This document shows, in pieces, positions 54,673-54,725 of a DNA stretch of 54,725 bases (positions within the stretch are counted from its first letter, which is position 1; each line of letters begins with the position of its first letter). A program made the translations under genes and the position numbers. Source of the DNA: Polyangiales bacterium (GTDB lineage: Bacteria; Myxococcota_A; Polyangia; Polyangiales; Polyangiaceae). The stretch lies in the NCBI GenBank assembly GCA_038230375.1, contig JBBRNJ010000062.1, positions 1 to 54,725 of the forward strand, read 5' to 3'. The notes below the pieces were generated by a model. The model did not search any database and was not told the origin of the DNA. It saw only the letters and a program-made list of their open reading frames with translations.

Positions 54673-54725
54673 GTCGAGGTCGAGGTCGAGGTCGAGGTCG
54701 AGGTCAAGGTCGAAGTCGAGGTCGA
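54673..54725 (+). repeat. hexamer tandem array (GTCGAG)n, at least 9 units, running off the window
   Basis: gtcgag x5, gtcaag, gtcgaa, gtcgag, gtcga. Confidence 0.95.

Noticed and set aside
1..54725. tRNA/rRNA genes, IS elements, integrases, prophage
   Set aside because: No cloverleaf, transposase, recombinase or phage structural motifs were seen in any ORF or intergenic gap.

Overview
About 55 kb of very GC-rich chromosomal DNA. Gene content suggests a myxobacterium, probably Polyangiales/Labilithrix-like: a RomX-like polarity protein, an FHA-sigma54 activator, a DUF4388 protein and six lipoproteins. Most of it is core genome (lgt, rluD, coaE, dnaE, pyrF, rlmB, mlaE-E-F-D, a pabB-like gene, two MoxR-type ATPases, two crotonases) interleaved with small accessory modules. 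These are (i) a perR-rubrerythrin-Fe-S oxidoreductase-DUF3501-thioesterase oxidative-stress operon with a clear Per box, (ii) a linalool-dehydratase-like secreted protein plus membrane partner, (iii) a QEGLA/DUF1704 metallopeptidase, (iv) an AAA_14/DUF4143 ATPase with its own palindromic operator, (v) a MerR-VIT/vWA pair with an operator, and (vi) a Tat-subunit/GMC oxidoreductase pair. The most striking non-coding signal is a family of intergenic (GTCGAG)n hexamer arrays at four loci, all in the same orientation on the + strand regardless of neighbouring gene direction. Other oddities are a class II glutamine amidotransferase lacking its N-terminal catalytic Cys, a Zn-ribbon gene lying antisense inside the mla cluster, and a frameshifted methyltransferase. 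I found no tRNA, rRNA, CRISPR array, transposase or integrase. All family calls come from motifs recognised by eye, not from database searches. Several start codons were re-chosen relative to the ORF track and are approximate.
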